NCBI GenBank assembly: GCA_015491245.1
Contig: WFWH01000021.1
Coordinates: 1-45,651, forward strand
Length of the DNA stretch: 45,651 nucleotides
Direction of reading: 5' to 3'
Source: Patescibacteria group bacterium
GTDB taxonomy: Bacteria > Patescibacteriota > Minisyncoccia > Phycocordibacterales > UBA12088
Every line of letters begins with the position of its first letter. The stretch's first letter is position 1. The notes beneath the pieces were generated by a model. The model did not search any database, was not told the DNA's origin, and worked only from the letters and a program-made list of their open reading frames with translations. Made by a program: the position numbers and the translations under genes. Shown piece by piece: positions 34,551 through 44,893 of the stretch.

Positions 34551-36371
34551 TTACTCCACCGTTACCGATTTCGCCAGATTGCGCGGGCGGTCCACGTCAA
34601 GGCCGCGCGCGCGGCCCATGTAGTAGGCGAACAGATGCAGGGGCACCACGCTCACCATGGGGCTTAGGTGCTCCGAAACAGCCGGCACCTCCACCACTGC
34701 ATCGGCAATCTCGCGCACCACGGTATCCCCCTCGGTCACCACGGCAATAACCGGCCCTTCGCGCGCTTTTATCTCCTCAAGGGTGGAAACGTTTTTCTCG
34801 TACACGCTGTCTTGCAGCACTACTGCGATAGTGGGAAAATGCCGATCAATCATGGCGAGCGGTCCGTGCTTGAGCTCTCCCGCGGCATACCCCTCTGCGT
34901 GCACATAGGTTATTTCCTTGAGCTTGAGCGCACCCTCGTACGCCACCCCCACATTTCCCTTGCGTGCGAGAAACAGGAAATCGCGCGCGTCTTTCCACCG
35001 CGCCGCCAGCGCGCACACCTCTTCGCGGCGCGCGAGCACGGCGGCCACTTTTTCGGGGAGGGCGAGCATCTCGCGCGCCAGCACCTCTCCCTCCGCCTCA
35101 CCCATCTCGCGCTGGCGCGCCAAAAAGAGCGCCAGCAAGGCAAGCACCTCCAGTTGGGAGAGGTACGCTTTGGTGGAGGCAACACTGATCTCCGGCCCGG
35201 CGTGGTTGTAAATACCCGCATCCGTTATGCGCGTAATGGACGAGCCCACCACGTTGACAATGCCGAGCGTGAGGAACCCTTTTCGCTTCGCTTCTTTTAC
35301 CGACTCCAGCGTGTCGGCGGTCTCCCCTGATTGGGTAATGGCCAATACCGCGCTGTGCGGGCGGTGTACCATGCGGCGATAGCGGAATTCGGAAGCGGCC
35401 TCCACGTCCACGTGTATGTCGGTCAATTCTTCAATGAGGTATTTCCCGTAGAGGCCCGCGTAAAAAGCGGTGCCGCAGGCAACGATGGTGAGGTGCCGCA
35501 GCGCGCGCAGCTCATCCGCGAAGCGCTCAATGCCGCCCAGCACCGCGCGCCCCTCTTCGGGCACCAAGCGCCCCCGCACGGAATTTTTCAGCACCTCCGG
35601 ACCTTCCATTATTTCTTTCAGCAAATAAGTCTCGTAGCCCTCTTTTTTCAAATCTTCCGGATCCCAGTCCAATGGAGACACTACCGGCGCGCGCGCTTGT
35701 TGGTCAAAAGTGAAGATGCGGTACTCGCGCGGCGTCAGCACCGCATACTCGCCGTCTTCCAGATACACTGCACTGCGGGTGTGCGGCAGGAGCGCAGTGG
35801 GGTCCGAAGAGACGAACATACCCTCCTCCCCTACCCCCACGGTTATTGGGCTCCCCCAGCGCGCCGCAAACAGCACGTCGGGGCAGCGCGCATCAATGAC
35901 CGCAATGCCGTAGGCGCCGCGCACATGAGAGAGCGCGCGCGCGAGCGCTTCTCCCGTGAGGCAAGCATCGCCCGCTTCTTTTTCTATGAGATGCGCGATA
36001 ACCTCGGTGTCGGTTTCCGATTCAAAGGTGTGCCCCTCTTCCTCCAAGCGCGCCTTGAGCGCCTTGTAATTTTCCACTATGCCGTTGTGCACCACCCACA
36101 CATGGCCGTGTGCGCCACGGTGTGGGTGCGCGTTTTTGCGCGTGGGCTTGCCGTGGGTCGCCCACCGCATATGGCCGATGCCCGAGGTGCCAGTGAGGTC
36201 ATCCGGCAGCTCATTTATCAGGTTATGCACCGCCCCCACCTCTTTAAAGGCGCCGGCGCCGGGTATGAAAATGCCCGCGGAATCATACCCGCGGTACTCC
36301 AGCGCCCGCAGGCCCTCCAAAAGAATGGGGAGCACTTGCGTGCGCCCGGTATAGCCAAAAATGCCGCACAT
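34551..36371 (-). CDS. glmS: Glutamine--fructose-6-phosphate transaminase
   Basis: MCGIFG, LEYRGYDSAG, HMRWATHG, QSGETADT, EGALKLKE, PRNLAKSVTVE. Confidence 0.98.
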   Translation of the reverse strand: MCGIFGYTGRTQVLPILLEGLRALEYRGYDSAGIFIPGAGAFKEVGAVHNLINELPDDLTGTSGIGHMRWATHGKPTRKNAHPHRGAHGHVWVVHNGIVENYKALKARLEEEGHTFESETDTEVIAHLIEKEAGDACLTGEALARALSHVRGAYGIAVIDARCPDVLFAARWGSPITVGVGEEGMFVSSDPTALLPHTRSAVYLEDGEYAVLTPREYRIFTFDQQARAPVVSPLDWDPEDLKKEGYETYLLKEIMEGPEVLKNSVRGRLVPEEGRAVLGGIERFADELRALRHLTIVACGTAFYAGLYGKYLIEELTDIHVDVEAASEFRYRRMVHRPHSAVLAITQSGETADTLESVKEAKRKGFLTLGIVNVVGSSITRITDAGIYNHAGPEISVASTKAYLSQLEVLALLALFLARQREMGEAEGEVLAREMLALPEKVAAVLARREEVCALAARWKDARDFLFLARKGNVGVAYEGALKLKEITYVHAEGYAAGELKHGPLAMIDRHFPTIAVVLQDSVYEKNVSTLEEIKAREGPVIAVVTEGDTVVREIADAVVEVPAVSEHLSPMVSVVPLHLFAYYMGRARGLDVDRPRNLAKSVTVE

Positions 36372-36640
36372 AACGAATACCCGAAAGTATACCACCGTCC
36401 CGCCCTGCGGGAAGCGGCGCTTTTCTCCGCAGTTGCTTTCTAGTACTCCGCGCGGCGCAAAAAGTAACTGCCAAAGGCAAGGGGCGCCGCAGCGCGCCCT
36501 ACTCAGGCGCGCACCCCTCCCGCCTGTGTATGCGAGAGGGGGTGCTGCAACTATCGTTCAATAAAAACAAGCAGCAAGCGCCGCGGCTGCGCACCGCATT
36601 GGGTGCAGCCGCGGCGTTTGTAGGTAGCGGCATTCCCCGC

Positions 36641-36961
36641 CTACGCCTTAACTGCTGCCACTTTTACCTTGTGGTAGGGCTGGCGGTGGCCTATCTTGCG
36701 CGAGCGGTTACTCTTTGCTTTGAATTTTCGGATGTAGAGCTTTTTTCCCTTCCCCGCCTCGGTGAGCTCTGCCTCCACCGTAACCCCGGCAAGATACGGA
36801 TCCCCTACGCGCAGCTCTTTGCCATCGTCCCACAGGAGCACTTTGTCAAACACCACCTTCTCTCCCACGGAAGCCACTCCCGCGAGCTTTTCAATGGTGA
36901 TTTCCTGCCCCTCCGCGACCCGATACTGCTTGCCGCCGGTTTCAATTATCGCAAATGCCAT
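36641..36961 (-). CDS. rplU: 50S ribosomal protein L21
   Basis: FAIIETGGKQYRV, GHRQ. Confidence 0.97.
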   Translation of the reverse strand: MAFAIIETGGKQYRVAEGQEITIEKLAGVASVGEKVVFDKVLLWDDGKELRVGDPYLAGVTVEAELTEAGKGKKLYIRKFKAKSNRSRKIGHRQPYHKVKVAAVKA

Positions 36962-37029
36962 AGTGGGGGGATTATACAGAAAAAACGCCGAGAGCGCAAT
37001 CCTAGGGAGCCGAGAGTGCGGCGCAGCGG

Positions 37030-38133
37030 TTATTCCTCCCCGCGGCGTGGCTTGTCTAGCGAAAGCGGCGCGATGCGCTTTTCCTCGCCCGTTATCTTTA
37101 CCACGTCTTTGTCTATCTTACCCAGCTCTTTGTGGGCGGCGTTGTAGGCGTTCACCGTGGTGGAAAGCGCATTGCCTAGTTTTTGCATGTAGGTGTCATA
37201 CGCCCCCAGATGCCGCCCCAAATCGCTGACGCGCTTCATTATTTCCTGCGCCTGCTCCTCTATTTGCAGGGCGCGCAGGCCCTGCAGGACCGTTTGGAGG
37301 TAGGCGAGGAACGACGTGGGCGAGGTGAGCAGTACGCGGTACTCGCCGGCGGCGCGCTCCAACAATGACTCGTCCGCGCCGATTTTATTCACCAGCAAAT
37401 CGTAGTAAATCGCCTCGTGCGGGATAAACATGAATGCAAACTCCATGGTGCCTTCTTTGGGGCGGATGTACTTGCTGGTTTCCTTTATGCGCTGCTTTAA
37501 GTCGTTGACAAACGCCTTTTCCCATTTTACGCGCAGTGCGGGGTCCCGCGCCTCCTGCATGCGGTTGTAGTTTTCCAGAGAAAATTTCGCGTCTATCGGC
37601 ACAATCTTGTCCTTGATGAAGATGGCGGCATCCACCACTTCCCCGTCGGCAAAGCGGTACTGCATCGTGTAGCTCTCGGGCGGCAGGGTGTTTTGCAGCA
37701 CCGACTCCAAAAAATACTCCCCCAACACGCCGCGCTGCTTGGGATTTTTCAAGATATCCTGCAGGTGCTGCAGTTGGTCGGCAAAGGAGATGACCTGCTT
37801 GTTCGTCTCGTCCAATTTGGTAAGGCCCTGGGTCACCTCGCGCACCACGCGCAGCGACTCGGAAAGCTGGCGCTTCATGGAGTCGTGGAGCTGGCGCGAC
37901 GACTCGGTGATGGCGCTCGTGGATTCGCTCAGGCGCGCATCCAGCACGCGCGCATTTTCCTGCAGGCGCTCATGCACCGCGCGCGTAAGCTCTTGCATTT
38001 GCTGCTGCAGCAGGAGGAGCGGCGCATCGGGCGCGGCATCGCCTCTCCCGCGGCGCAGCAGCAGCCACCACGCGAGCGCATTGCCCAGCGCAAAGAGCGC
38101 CGCAAACACCAGTAGCAAAACAAGAGTTTCCAT
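37030..38133 (-). CDS. rmuC: DNA recombination protein RmuC
   Basis: N-terminal TM helix, coiled coil, K.RG.LGE..LE, IDAKFS, KYIRP..GT..FAFMFIP.E. Confidence 0.92.
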   Translation of the reverse strand: METLVLLLVFAALFALGNALAWWLLLRRGRGDAAPDAPLLLLQQQMQELTRAVHERLQENARVLDARLSESTSAITESSRQLHDSMKRQLSESLRVVREVTQGLTKLDETNKQVISFADQLQHLQDILKNPKQRGVLGEYFLESVLQNTLPPESYTMQYRFADGEVVDAAIFIKDKIVPIDAKFSLENYNRMQEARDPALRVKWEKAFVNDLKQRIKETSKYIRPKEGTMEFAFMFIPHEAIYYDLLVNKIGADESLLERAAGEYRVLLTSPTSFLAYLQTVLQGLRALQIEEQAQEIMKRVSDLGRHLGAYDTYMQKLGNALSTTVNAYNAAHKELGKIDKDVVKITGEEKRIAPLSLDKPRRGEE

Positions 38134-38138
38134 AGCGG

Positions 38139-40820
38139 CTATTCTACCAGACCGGGGCGTTTCCGGTACCGCCGCACAAACAACAGGTACTTGGCGATTT
38201 CTATGGTGGCAAGGTTGAAGAGCCCTACCCCCGCCAGTATGGCAAGGTCAAAAGAGGTGAGCGGCGTGAGCGACAACAGGGTGCGCAGCGCGGGCAGCGA
38301 CACCGCCGCCACCAGCAAGCTTATGCTCACCAAGAGCGCCCCCAAAAGGTAGCGATTGTCAAAAGGATTGATGCGCCACAGCGGCGTATCCAGCGATTTG
38401 AGGGAAAAGGAGAAAAAAATGACCCCCAGCGAGAGCGCCACGAACATCATGGTGCGTATCTCACCGAGCGGCAGCGAGAGTGCACGCAGAGAAAAGTAGA
38501 GCGCGACCAGAAAAACGCCGGTAACCGTACTCACCGCCAAAATGAGCGTCCTGAGTTCCGGGGTAATCATCCGCTGAGACGACGATGAGCGCGGATCACG
38601 CTGCATAGCGTGGGGATCTTTTTTCTCAAACGCGAACGCAAAACTCATAAACCCCTCCTGCACGATATTCGCCCACAGAATTTGCGAGGGCAACAGGGGC
38701 AACGGCACGCCCACCATTAGCGCCGCGGCAATAACAAACACTTCACTGAAGCTGGTAGAGAGCAAATACGCGATAATCTTTCGCAAGTTGTCAATAATGC
38801 GCCGCCCCTCTTCAATGGCCGCCGTAATGATGGTAAAGCTGTCGTTGAGCAGCACCAAGTCGGACGCCTCTTTCGCCACCTCGGTACCCGAACCCACCGC
38901 GACCCCGATGGATGCGGCGCGCAGTGCGGGCGCATCGTTCACCCCGTCGCCCGTCATTGCCACCGCCTCGCCGCGCGCACGCAACACTTCAACCATGCGC
39001 AGCTTTTGCCGCGGCGTGGCGCGTGCAATGACCGCCACCTGCCGCAGCAAGAGCTCGTAGAGCGCGTCGTCATCATAGCGGGCGAGCTCTTCTCCTCTGA
39101 CGGCGATGTTAGCACCCGCAAGGATGCCCACGCGGCGCGCCACCGCGCGCGCGGTTTCAATGTTGTCGCCCGTCACCATAATGACGCGCGCGCCCGCTTC
39201 CTGCACCTCGCGTATGGAATCGGCGACATCTTCACGCAGAGGATCCTGCAGGGCGATAAACCCCGCAAATACGAGGTCACGCGGTATTTCCTCTTTATCA
39301 TCCGGAAACGCGTGCCACGCCACCTCACGGTAGCCGACACCGATGAGGCGCAAGCCGTCGCGGCTGCGCGCGTCACATTGCGCGAGGAACGCTGCGCGCA
39401 CCTCGGGTGCCATCTTCATTTTTCTTCCGTCGCGGTAAAAGTGCGTAGCGCCCTCCAGCAAAAGTTCGGGCGCGCCGGCCACGAACAGCCGCCGCTCATG
39501 CTTTCCCGCACGCGCGTACAGCGCCGCGGCAAAGCGCTGCGCGGAAGAAAACGGCAGGTAATCCAGCCGCGTCCACACTTCCGAAAGGTGTGCCTTGGAA
39601 ATGCCCGCTTCCAAACCAGCAAGCACCACCGCCTTCTCCACGGGGCGGCCGTGGACAGTGAGCTTGCGCGGCGCATCTTCCTGTTCCTCCACAAACGCAT
39701 CCGCCACCATAACGGCGCACTCCAGCGCAAACCGGTCGTCGCGTGTCCAATCGTCAGCGGATTCGTCCCGCGTTCCCAGCGAGCTCTCGGTATGGATTTC
39801 CTTCACGCGCATCTTGGCTTGGGTGAGCGTACCGGTTTTGTCGGTGAGGATGATGGTGGTGGAGCCGAGCGTTTCCGCCGCAAGTAAATTGCGCACCAAG
39901 CCGCCGCGCTTGAGTATCTCCTCCATGCCTATCGCCAGCACCACGGTAACCGCGGCGGGCAGCCCCGAGGGTATGGCGGCGACCGCAATGGCAACCCCGA
40001 TGAGCAGCATTTCCTCCAGCGGCTCACCCCGCACCACCCCCAAGGCAAAAATGCCGGCGGCGATCGCCGCAATCCCATACGCGAGGAAATGCGCCAGTCC
40101 TTGCAGTTTCCGCTGCAGGGGCGTGGCGCCCTCCTCCACACTTCCCAACGCGGCGGCGATTGTGCCCACTTCGGTGGCATCGCCGCACGCAACCACCACG
40201 CCTTTGCCGCTCCCCTCGGTCACCAGCGTGCCCATATACAGCATGTTAGTGCGCTCGGCAAGCGGCGTGTCCGTGGGGAGCACGCCCGGCTCTTTCCGCA
40301 CCGCGAGCCACTCGCCAGTGAGCGCCGCCTCGTTCACCCGCAGCTCTTTCGCCTCAATGAGCCGCACGTCGGCCGGCACCTTCCATCCCGCCTCCAGCAA
40401 AACAATGTCACCGGTCACCAAATCTTCGGCGGGAATGTTATGCTTTTTTCCGCCGCGCAAGGCAATGGCGCGCGTGTGTTGCGATGCGCGCAATTTTTCA
40501 AATGCTCTGGACGCGCGCTCCTCCTGCAGCACCCCCACGATGACATTGATGAGCAATGCGACCGCAATCACAATGGCGTCCAAGTATTCCCCCAACACCA
40601 CGGTGAACGCGCCCGCAATCAGGAGCACATATACGAGCGGGCTTTTGAACTGCGCAAGAATTTTTTCGTATAGGGGACGGCGCTCTTCTTCGGCAATGCG
40701 GTTGGGGCCCTGTGCCGCCTGCCGCCGCGCCGCCTCTTCTTCCAAGAGGCCCTTGTGCGGGTTGGTTTCCAAATGCTCCCACACTTCCTCTAGGGAGAGC
40801 TGATGCCAAGGTACGCTCAT
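38139..40820 (-). CDS. Cation-transporting P-type ATPase (P2A-like)
   Basis: DKTGT, TGDN, MTGDGVNDAPAL; variant TGEW, PSGL and WANIVQEG motifs; start at ATG 40820 because the ORF extension overlaps the + strand YqeY gene. Confidence 0.92.
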   Translation of the reverse strand: MSVPWHQLSLEEVWEHLETNPHKGLLEEEAARRQAAQGPNRIAEEERRPLYEKILAQFKSPLVYVLLIAGAFTVVLGEYLDAIVIAVALLINVIVGVLQEERASRAFEKLRASQHTRAIALRGGKKHNIPAEDLVTGDIVLLEAGWKVPADVRLIEAKELRVNEAALTGEWLAVRKEPGVLPTDTPLAERTNMLYMGTLVTEGSGKGVVVACGDATEVGTIAAALGSVEEGATPLQRKLQGLAHFLAYGIAAIAAGIFALGVVRGEPLEEMLLIGVAIAVAAIPSGLPAAVTVVLAIGMEEILKRGGLVRNLLAAETLGSTTIILTDKTGTLTQAKMRVKEIHTESSLGTRDESADDWTRDDRFALECAVMVADAFVEEQEDAPRKLTVHGRPVEKAVVLAGLEAGISKAHLSEVWTRLDYLPFSSAQRFAAALYARAGKHERRLFVAGAPELLLEGATHFYRDGRKMKMAPEVRAAFLAQCDARSRDGLRLIGVGYREVAWHAFPDDKEEIPRDLVFAGFIALQDPLREDVADSIREVQEAGARVIMVTGDNIETARAVARRVGILAGANIAVRGEELARYDDDALYELLLRQVAVIARATPRQKLRMVEVLRARGEAVAMTGDGVNDAPALRAASIGVAVGSGTEVAKEASDLVLLNDSFTIITAAIEEGRRIIDNLRKIIAYLLSTSFSEVFVIAAALMVGVPLPLLPSQILWANIVQEGFMSFAFAFEKKDPHAMQRDPRSSSSQRMITPELRTLILAVSTVTGVFLVALYFSLRALSLPLGEIRTMMFVALSLGVIFFSFSLKSLDTPLWRINPFDNRYLLGALLVSISLLVAAVSLPALRTLLSLTPLTSFDLAILAGVGLFNLATIEIAKYLLFVRRYRKRPGLVE

Positions 40821-40890
40821 GGGGCTATTGAAAAAAAGGTGCGGCTGTGGTTTTCTGTGAGTAACCGCCACTATCATTGTACCCTTCCCT

Positions 40891-41346
40891 ATGCTCATCA
40901 ACCAAATAAAAGAGGATATGCAAAAGGCGCTGCGTGAGAAAGACGCATTGCGCCTCACCACGCTGCGCGGCCTCATCGCCGCCTGCGCGTACGAATTGAC
41001 GGCAACGGGCCGCACGCCGCAAGACACGCTTTCCGATGAAGAGGTGCACGCCGTTATCCGCCGTGAGGTAAAGCGCCGCCACGAAGCGACCACCCAGTAT
41101 GAAAAGGGAGGGCGCCCCGAATTGGCGCAAAAAGAGCGCGACGAGGCTGCGGTGCTCTCCTCGTACCTTCCCGCTGCGCTGCCGCGCGAGGAAATAGAAA
41201 AGGCGGCACGGGAGAAAATGGCATCCCTCGACATTACCGACAAAAAAGACATGGGGCGCCTCATGGGCGCGCTGATGCAAGAACTGAAACCGCGCGGCGC
41301 CGACGGCGCCACGGTGAAAGAAGTGGTGGAGCGACTTCTCTCGTGA
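40891..41346 (+). CDS. GatB/YqeY domain protein
   Basis: I..DM..A.R.KD..RL.TLR, R.E...QYEKGGRPELA.KE, YLP, DMG.LMG, ADG. Confidence 0.92.
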   Translation: MLINQIKEDMQKALREKDALRLTTLRGLIAACAYELTATGRTPQDTLSDEEVHAVIRREVKRRHEATTQYEKGGRPELAQKERDEAAVLSSYLPAALPREEIEKAAREKMASLDITDKKDMGRLMGALMQELKPRGADGATVKEVVERLLS

Positions 41347-41380
41347 GGCTGCAGAATGCCGCTTTTTCTGTTTTCGCGTT

Positions 41381-41824
41381 ATGGAAAAAACTGGCTCCGA
41401 ACCCACGCCCGCAACCCCCGACTCCCCCACACGCGGCAGCAGCGCCGCAGAACATGGGGCACAAAAAGAAGCAACCCCGAAAGTGCACTTTGCCTTTACG
41501 TATCCCTCTTCCGTCGGCAATGTGCAGGTCGCGGTGCGCGCATGGCGCACGCAAGAGGGTGGCACCGCCCTTCACATACTCAGCATGGAGTTCTGCGACC
41601 GCCCCGGCGGAGAGGCACTCTCGGATGGCGAGAGGAACCGGATCAGGCAAGCGGCGCAAGAGAGAGCAGAGGCGCACCTCTGCGCGGCTGAAGCAGAACA
41701 GGAGCGCCGCCTTGAAGAGGCGCGTGAAAATGAACGATGTCGGGGTGACTATGACGCAGACGATGAGGTACCTCCCGATCATCGCGGCGGGGATAATGAC
41801 GGTTTCCCTCTGCGCGAGGAATAA
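41381..41824 (+). CDS. Hypothetical acidic protein, 147 aa
   Basis: Best ORF between yqeY and mpg; composition looks coding; no family recognised. Confidence 0.5.
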   Translation: MEKTGSEPTPATPDSPTRGSSAAEHGAQKEATPKVHFAFTYPSSVGNVQVAVRAWRTQEGGTALHILSMEFCDRPGGEALSDGERNRIRQAAQERAEAHLCAAEAEQERRLEEARENERCRGDYDADDEVPPDHRGGDNDGFPLREE

Positions 41825-41920
41825 TTGCAAAAGGCGTCTTGTACGCTCTTAACTCTTAACCAAGAGGCTCTTGGAAAGAGGGGAGCAACGCGGCTAATTC
41901 TGCCCCGCTTTTCTCCTGGA

Positions 41921-42541
41921 TCATTTTGCGCGGCAAGGGGCGTTAGGGCGCTCCCAAAAAGAGCGCTGCACCACAAACCGATACGGCTTTTCCCGCCACT
42001 CTTGCGCATAGGCAATGCCGATGCGTGGCGTGCGCGCAACGGCGCGGACGGGAATGCGGATGCCGCGATCTTCCACCCACAAGCCGCGTGAGGGTACCGC
42101 GGGAAGCGCATTGAAAGCGCGCCCCACGCAAAGGCGCCGCGTCACGCGGCCGGGACCCTCCACCCACTCCCCTGCGCACGCGACCCCGCGAATGAGCACC
42201 GCCGCGGGATACCCCTCCCTTCCCGTCACCACATTCAGCATCTCGTGCATGCCGTAGCAGAGGTACACATACCAGTGCCCCGCGGGACCGAACATCACTT
42301 CCGTGCGCCGCGTCCTGCCTTTGTACGCGTGGCACGCCTTGTCGTGCGGTCCTGTGTACGCTTCCACTTCGGTGATAATGCCCTCCAGGCGCGCTTTGCC
42401 GCGCGTGCGCACCAGCACTTTTCCCAAAAGATCACGCGCCACCTGAAGCGCCGGCCGCGCAAACCACTGCGGCGGCAAGGGGCGCCCTTGCCGAAAAGAA
42501 GCGGCCGGTGCCTCTGCTGCAGAATGGTTTTTCTCACTCAT
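41921..42541 (-). CDS. mpg: DNA-3-methyladenine glycosylase (MPG/AAG family)
   Basis: VARDLLGK, ITEVEAY.G..D.ACHA, MFGPAG..YVYLCYGMH..LNVV, AVLIRG, GPG, PRIGI. Confidence 0.93.
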   Translation of the reverse strand: MSEKNHSAAEAPAASFRQGRPLPPQWFARPALQVARDLLGKVLVRTRGKARLEGIITEVEAYTGPHDKACHAYKGRTRRTEVMFGPAGHWYVYLCYGMHEMLNVVTGREGYPAAVLIRGVACAGEWVEGPGRVTRRLCVGRAFNALPAVPSRGLWVEDRGIRIPVRAVARTPRIGIAYAQEWREKPYRFVVQRSFWERPNAPCRAK

Positions 42542-43289
42542 GATTCTTCTCCTTTTCCGCGGGAGCGCCCGAGGCGCAGGCACAGCGCAGCGCGCACCCC
42601 TCTCCCGCCTCTGCCGCCTCCATACGCAAGGCGCCTTCCACCCGATAGGGGCCCACCCTGGTGCGGCGCAGCGCGGCAAGGGTGGCGGGAACTCCCACGC
42701 GCCTCCCCCACTCCTCGGCAAGTGCGCGAATGTACGTGCCGCTCCCCACCTCCCACTCCACCTCGGCATGTACGCGCAGGCCGCCCTCTTCTCTACGGAA
42801 TGAGATAAGCCGCGCGCGGCGCACCTCCATGGGCCTCACAGGTACCTCTACCGCCTCGCCGCGCCGCGCGCGGCGGTAGAGCGGCACGCCGCCGCGCTTT
42901 ACTGCGCTGTAGCGCGGCACCGGAAGAGGTAAGACTCCGGTAAGAGACGCGAGCGCCCGCTGCGCTTCTTCTTCGCTAAGCGAGAGTGGGGTATCCACCT
43001 CCTCAACCACACGCCCCTCCAAATCACCCGTGTCACGCCGCTCTCCAAATCGCACGGTGGCGCGGTAGGTTTTGGGCATGCCGATAATTTCCTTTAGGCG
43101 CTTGGTCCCCTCCCCCACCCCCACCACGAGAAGGCCGGTCGCGCGCGGATCCAGCGTGCCCGCGTGCCCCATTTTGCGCACTCCGCATACTTTGCGCAAT
43201 ACGCGAATCACATCAAATGAGGTCATACCGGCAGGCTTGTCCACCAAAAGCAACGCGGGATACGTATGGTGTTTGTTGCCTTTCTCCAT
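42534..43289 (-). CDS. truB: tRNA pseudouridine(55) synthase
   Basis: VDKPAGMTSFD, GHAGTLDP.ATG, YSAVK.GG..LY, GTYIRAL, LRRT. Confidence 0.96.
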   Translation of the reverse strand: MEKGNKHHTYPALLLVDKPAGMTSFDVIRVLRKVCGVRKMGHAGTLDPRATGLLVVGVGEGTKRLKEIIGMPKTYRATVRFGERRDTGDLEGRVVEEVDTPLSLSEEEAQRALASLTGVLPLPVPRYSAVKRGGVPLYRRARRGEAVEVPVRPMEVRRARLISFRREEGGLRVHAEVEWEVGSGTYIRALAEEWGRRVGVPATLAALRRTRVGPYRVEGALRMEAAEAGEGCALRCACASGAPAEKEKNHE

Positions 43290-43312
43290 ATCTGCAAAAG
43301 AGGCGTACGCCC

Positions 43313-43864
43313 TTAAGAGAGTGTGGTGAGAAGCGCATCCCATGACGCTACGCGCTCCCACTCCGTATCGGCATTTTGATAAAGGGAAAAGCGGTCAAAA
43401 AGTACCTTGCGCACCGGGCGCGGGAGGTGCCGCAGCACTTCAGGAGAATCATCCACAAACACCCGCACGCCCAGCGCGTGCGCCACCGCCGATTTTTCCT
43501 CATCGCGGTGCACGAAATGAACGCGGTCCGGAGGAAAAAACGGCAAGTGGCGGCGCACCCACGCGCGCGCGTGCGGCGCCCCGTGCGCCCGCCGAGAGAT
43601 GATGACAGCGGGCAGGCGCGCGGTAAGGGCGCGCAGCGCCGCTACCGCGCCGGGCAAAGGGGGCGCATGCCGCGAGAGCGGCCCGTAGAGCGCGCGCTTG
43701 AATGCACGGACGGTCTCGGGCGCAAGGGACACATCGCGCATGTGGTACAGCACCGCGTCTGAAAGGTGCGCCAATCCGAAGCGTGCGGCAAGCAAGCGCC
43801 GCTGCGGCAGATGATCCACGATGGTGTCGTCCAAGTCAAACGCGAGCGGAAATTGCCTTTCCAT
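43313..43864 (-). CDS. HAD-superfamily hydrolase (5'(3')-deoxyribonucleotidase-like)
   Basis: FDLDDT motif I, PLPGA, ISRR, K, FVDD motif IV. Confidence 0.8.
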   Translation of the reverse strand: MERQFPLAFDLDDTIVDHLPQRRLLAARFGLAHLSDAVLYHMRDVSLAPETVRAFKRALYGPLSRHAPPLPGAVAALRALTARLPAVIISRRAHGAPHARAWVRRHLPFFPPDRVHFVHRDEEKSAVAHALGVRVFVDDSPEVLRHLPRPVRKVLFDRFSLYQNADTEWERVASWDALLTTLS

Positions 43865-43924
43865 GATGGTGCAGTAGCAAGATGTCGTGTACCGTGCGGC
43901 GCACTCGACGCGCCGCACTTCCCT

Positions 43925-44893
43925 TTAAAGGCCGATAAGCTTTAAGAGGAAAAAGGCGTAGAGGATGAGGAACATAATGCCCTCCCAGCGGTACAAGCGC
44001 CGTGCCATGCCGATAACCAGCAGCACGAGCGAGGCAACGCCCAAAATGGGAAGCCCGATGCGCAGGGTCGCTTCATCCAGCGCAATGCCGCCCAAGAGCG
44101 CGGGCAAACCGACCGCAAGCAAAATGTTAAACGCATTGGAACCGAAAATATTCCCGAGCGCCACTTCAAAATTGTTTTTCTTCAGCGCACGCACAGATAC
44201 CGACAGCTCCGGCAGTGAGGTGCCGAGCGCCAGCGCGCTGATGGAAAGCACACCCGGCGGCACTTTGAGTGCTTCGGCGAGCCCTATAAGCGCCTCCACG
44301 ACAAATTTGGCGCCGCCCAAAAGTCCGGCAAGGCCCAACACGGCAAAAAACACCACCGAGCCCGGTGGAAAAAATTTCATCGCCTTGCGCTCGGCGCGTA
44401 TCTCTGCCCTTTTCTCCGCTACCACCACATCCATGCCGTTTTTCGCGGAAAAGAGGTAAAAGAGGTAGACCGCATACGTCGCCGTGAGCAGCAGGGCCTC
44501 AATCAGGCCAACCTTGCCGTCCCACGCCACCCCCATAAAAAGCGCGGTGGAGAGCACAAAAAACGGCAGTTCGGCGTCCAGCAGGTCTTTGTCAATGCGG
44601 ATGCGGTTGCCGATGAGGGCGACAATGCCGCCCACCAGCAGGATATTGGCGATGTTGGATCCCACTGCGCCCGCAGCCACCACTTCTGGCACGCCGCGCA
44701 ACACAGCGACTATGGACGAGGTAAGCTCCGGCAGCGAGGTGCCCACACCCACAATGAGCACGCCAATCACAAACGCCGGCATTTTGAAAAAAAGCCCGAG
44801 GCGCTCGGCATTTTCCAAAAACACATCTGTCCCTTTGATCATGAGGTAGAGGGAAAACAGGAAAATCCCCGCCCATATGAAAAGCTCCCACAT
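43925..44893 (-). CDS. Calcium/sodium antiporter (YrbG-like, CaCA family)
   Basis: Two alpha repeats: GTSLPEL...GSNIAN and GTSLPEL...GNIFGSNAFN. Confidence 0.94.
   Translation of the reverse strand: MWELFIWAGIFLFSLYLMIKGTDVFLENAERLGLFFKMPAFVIGVLIVGVGTSLPELTSSIVAVLRGVPEVVAAGAVGSNIANILLVGGIVALIGNRIRIDKDLLDAELPFFVLSTALFMGVAWDGKVGLIEALLLTATYAVYLFYLFSAKNGMDVVVAEKRAEIRAERKAMKFFPPGSVVFFAVLGLAGLLGGAKFVVEALIGLAEALKVPPGVLSISALALGTSLPELSVSVRALKKNNFEVALGNIFGSNAFNILLAVGLPALLGGIALDEATLRIGLPILGVASLVLLVIGMARRLYRWEGIMFLILYAFFLLKLIGL

Noticed and set aside
36372-36640. Possible glmS ribozyme upstream of glmS
   Set aside because: A -10 box sits 14 nt before the ATG, leaving no room for a ribozyme leader; no consensus seen
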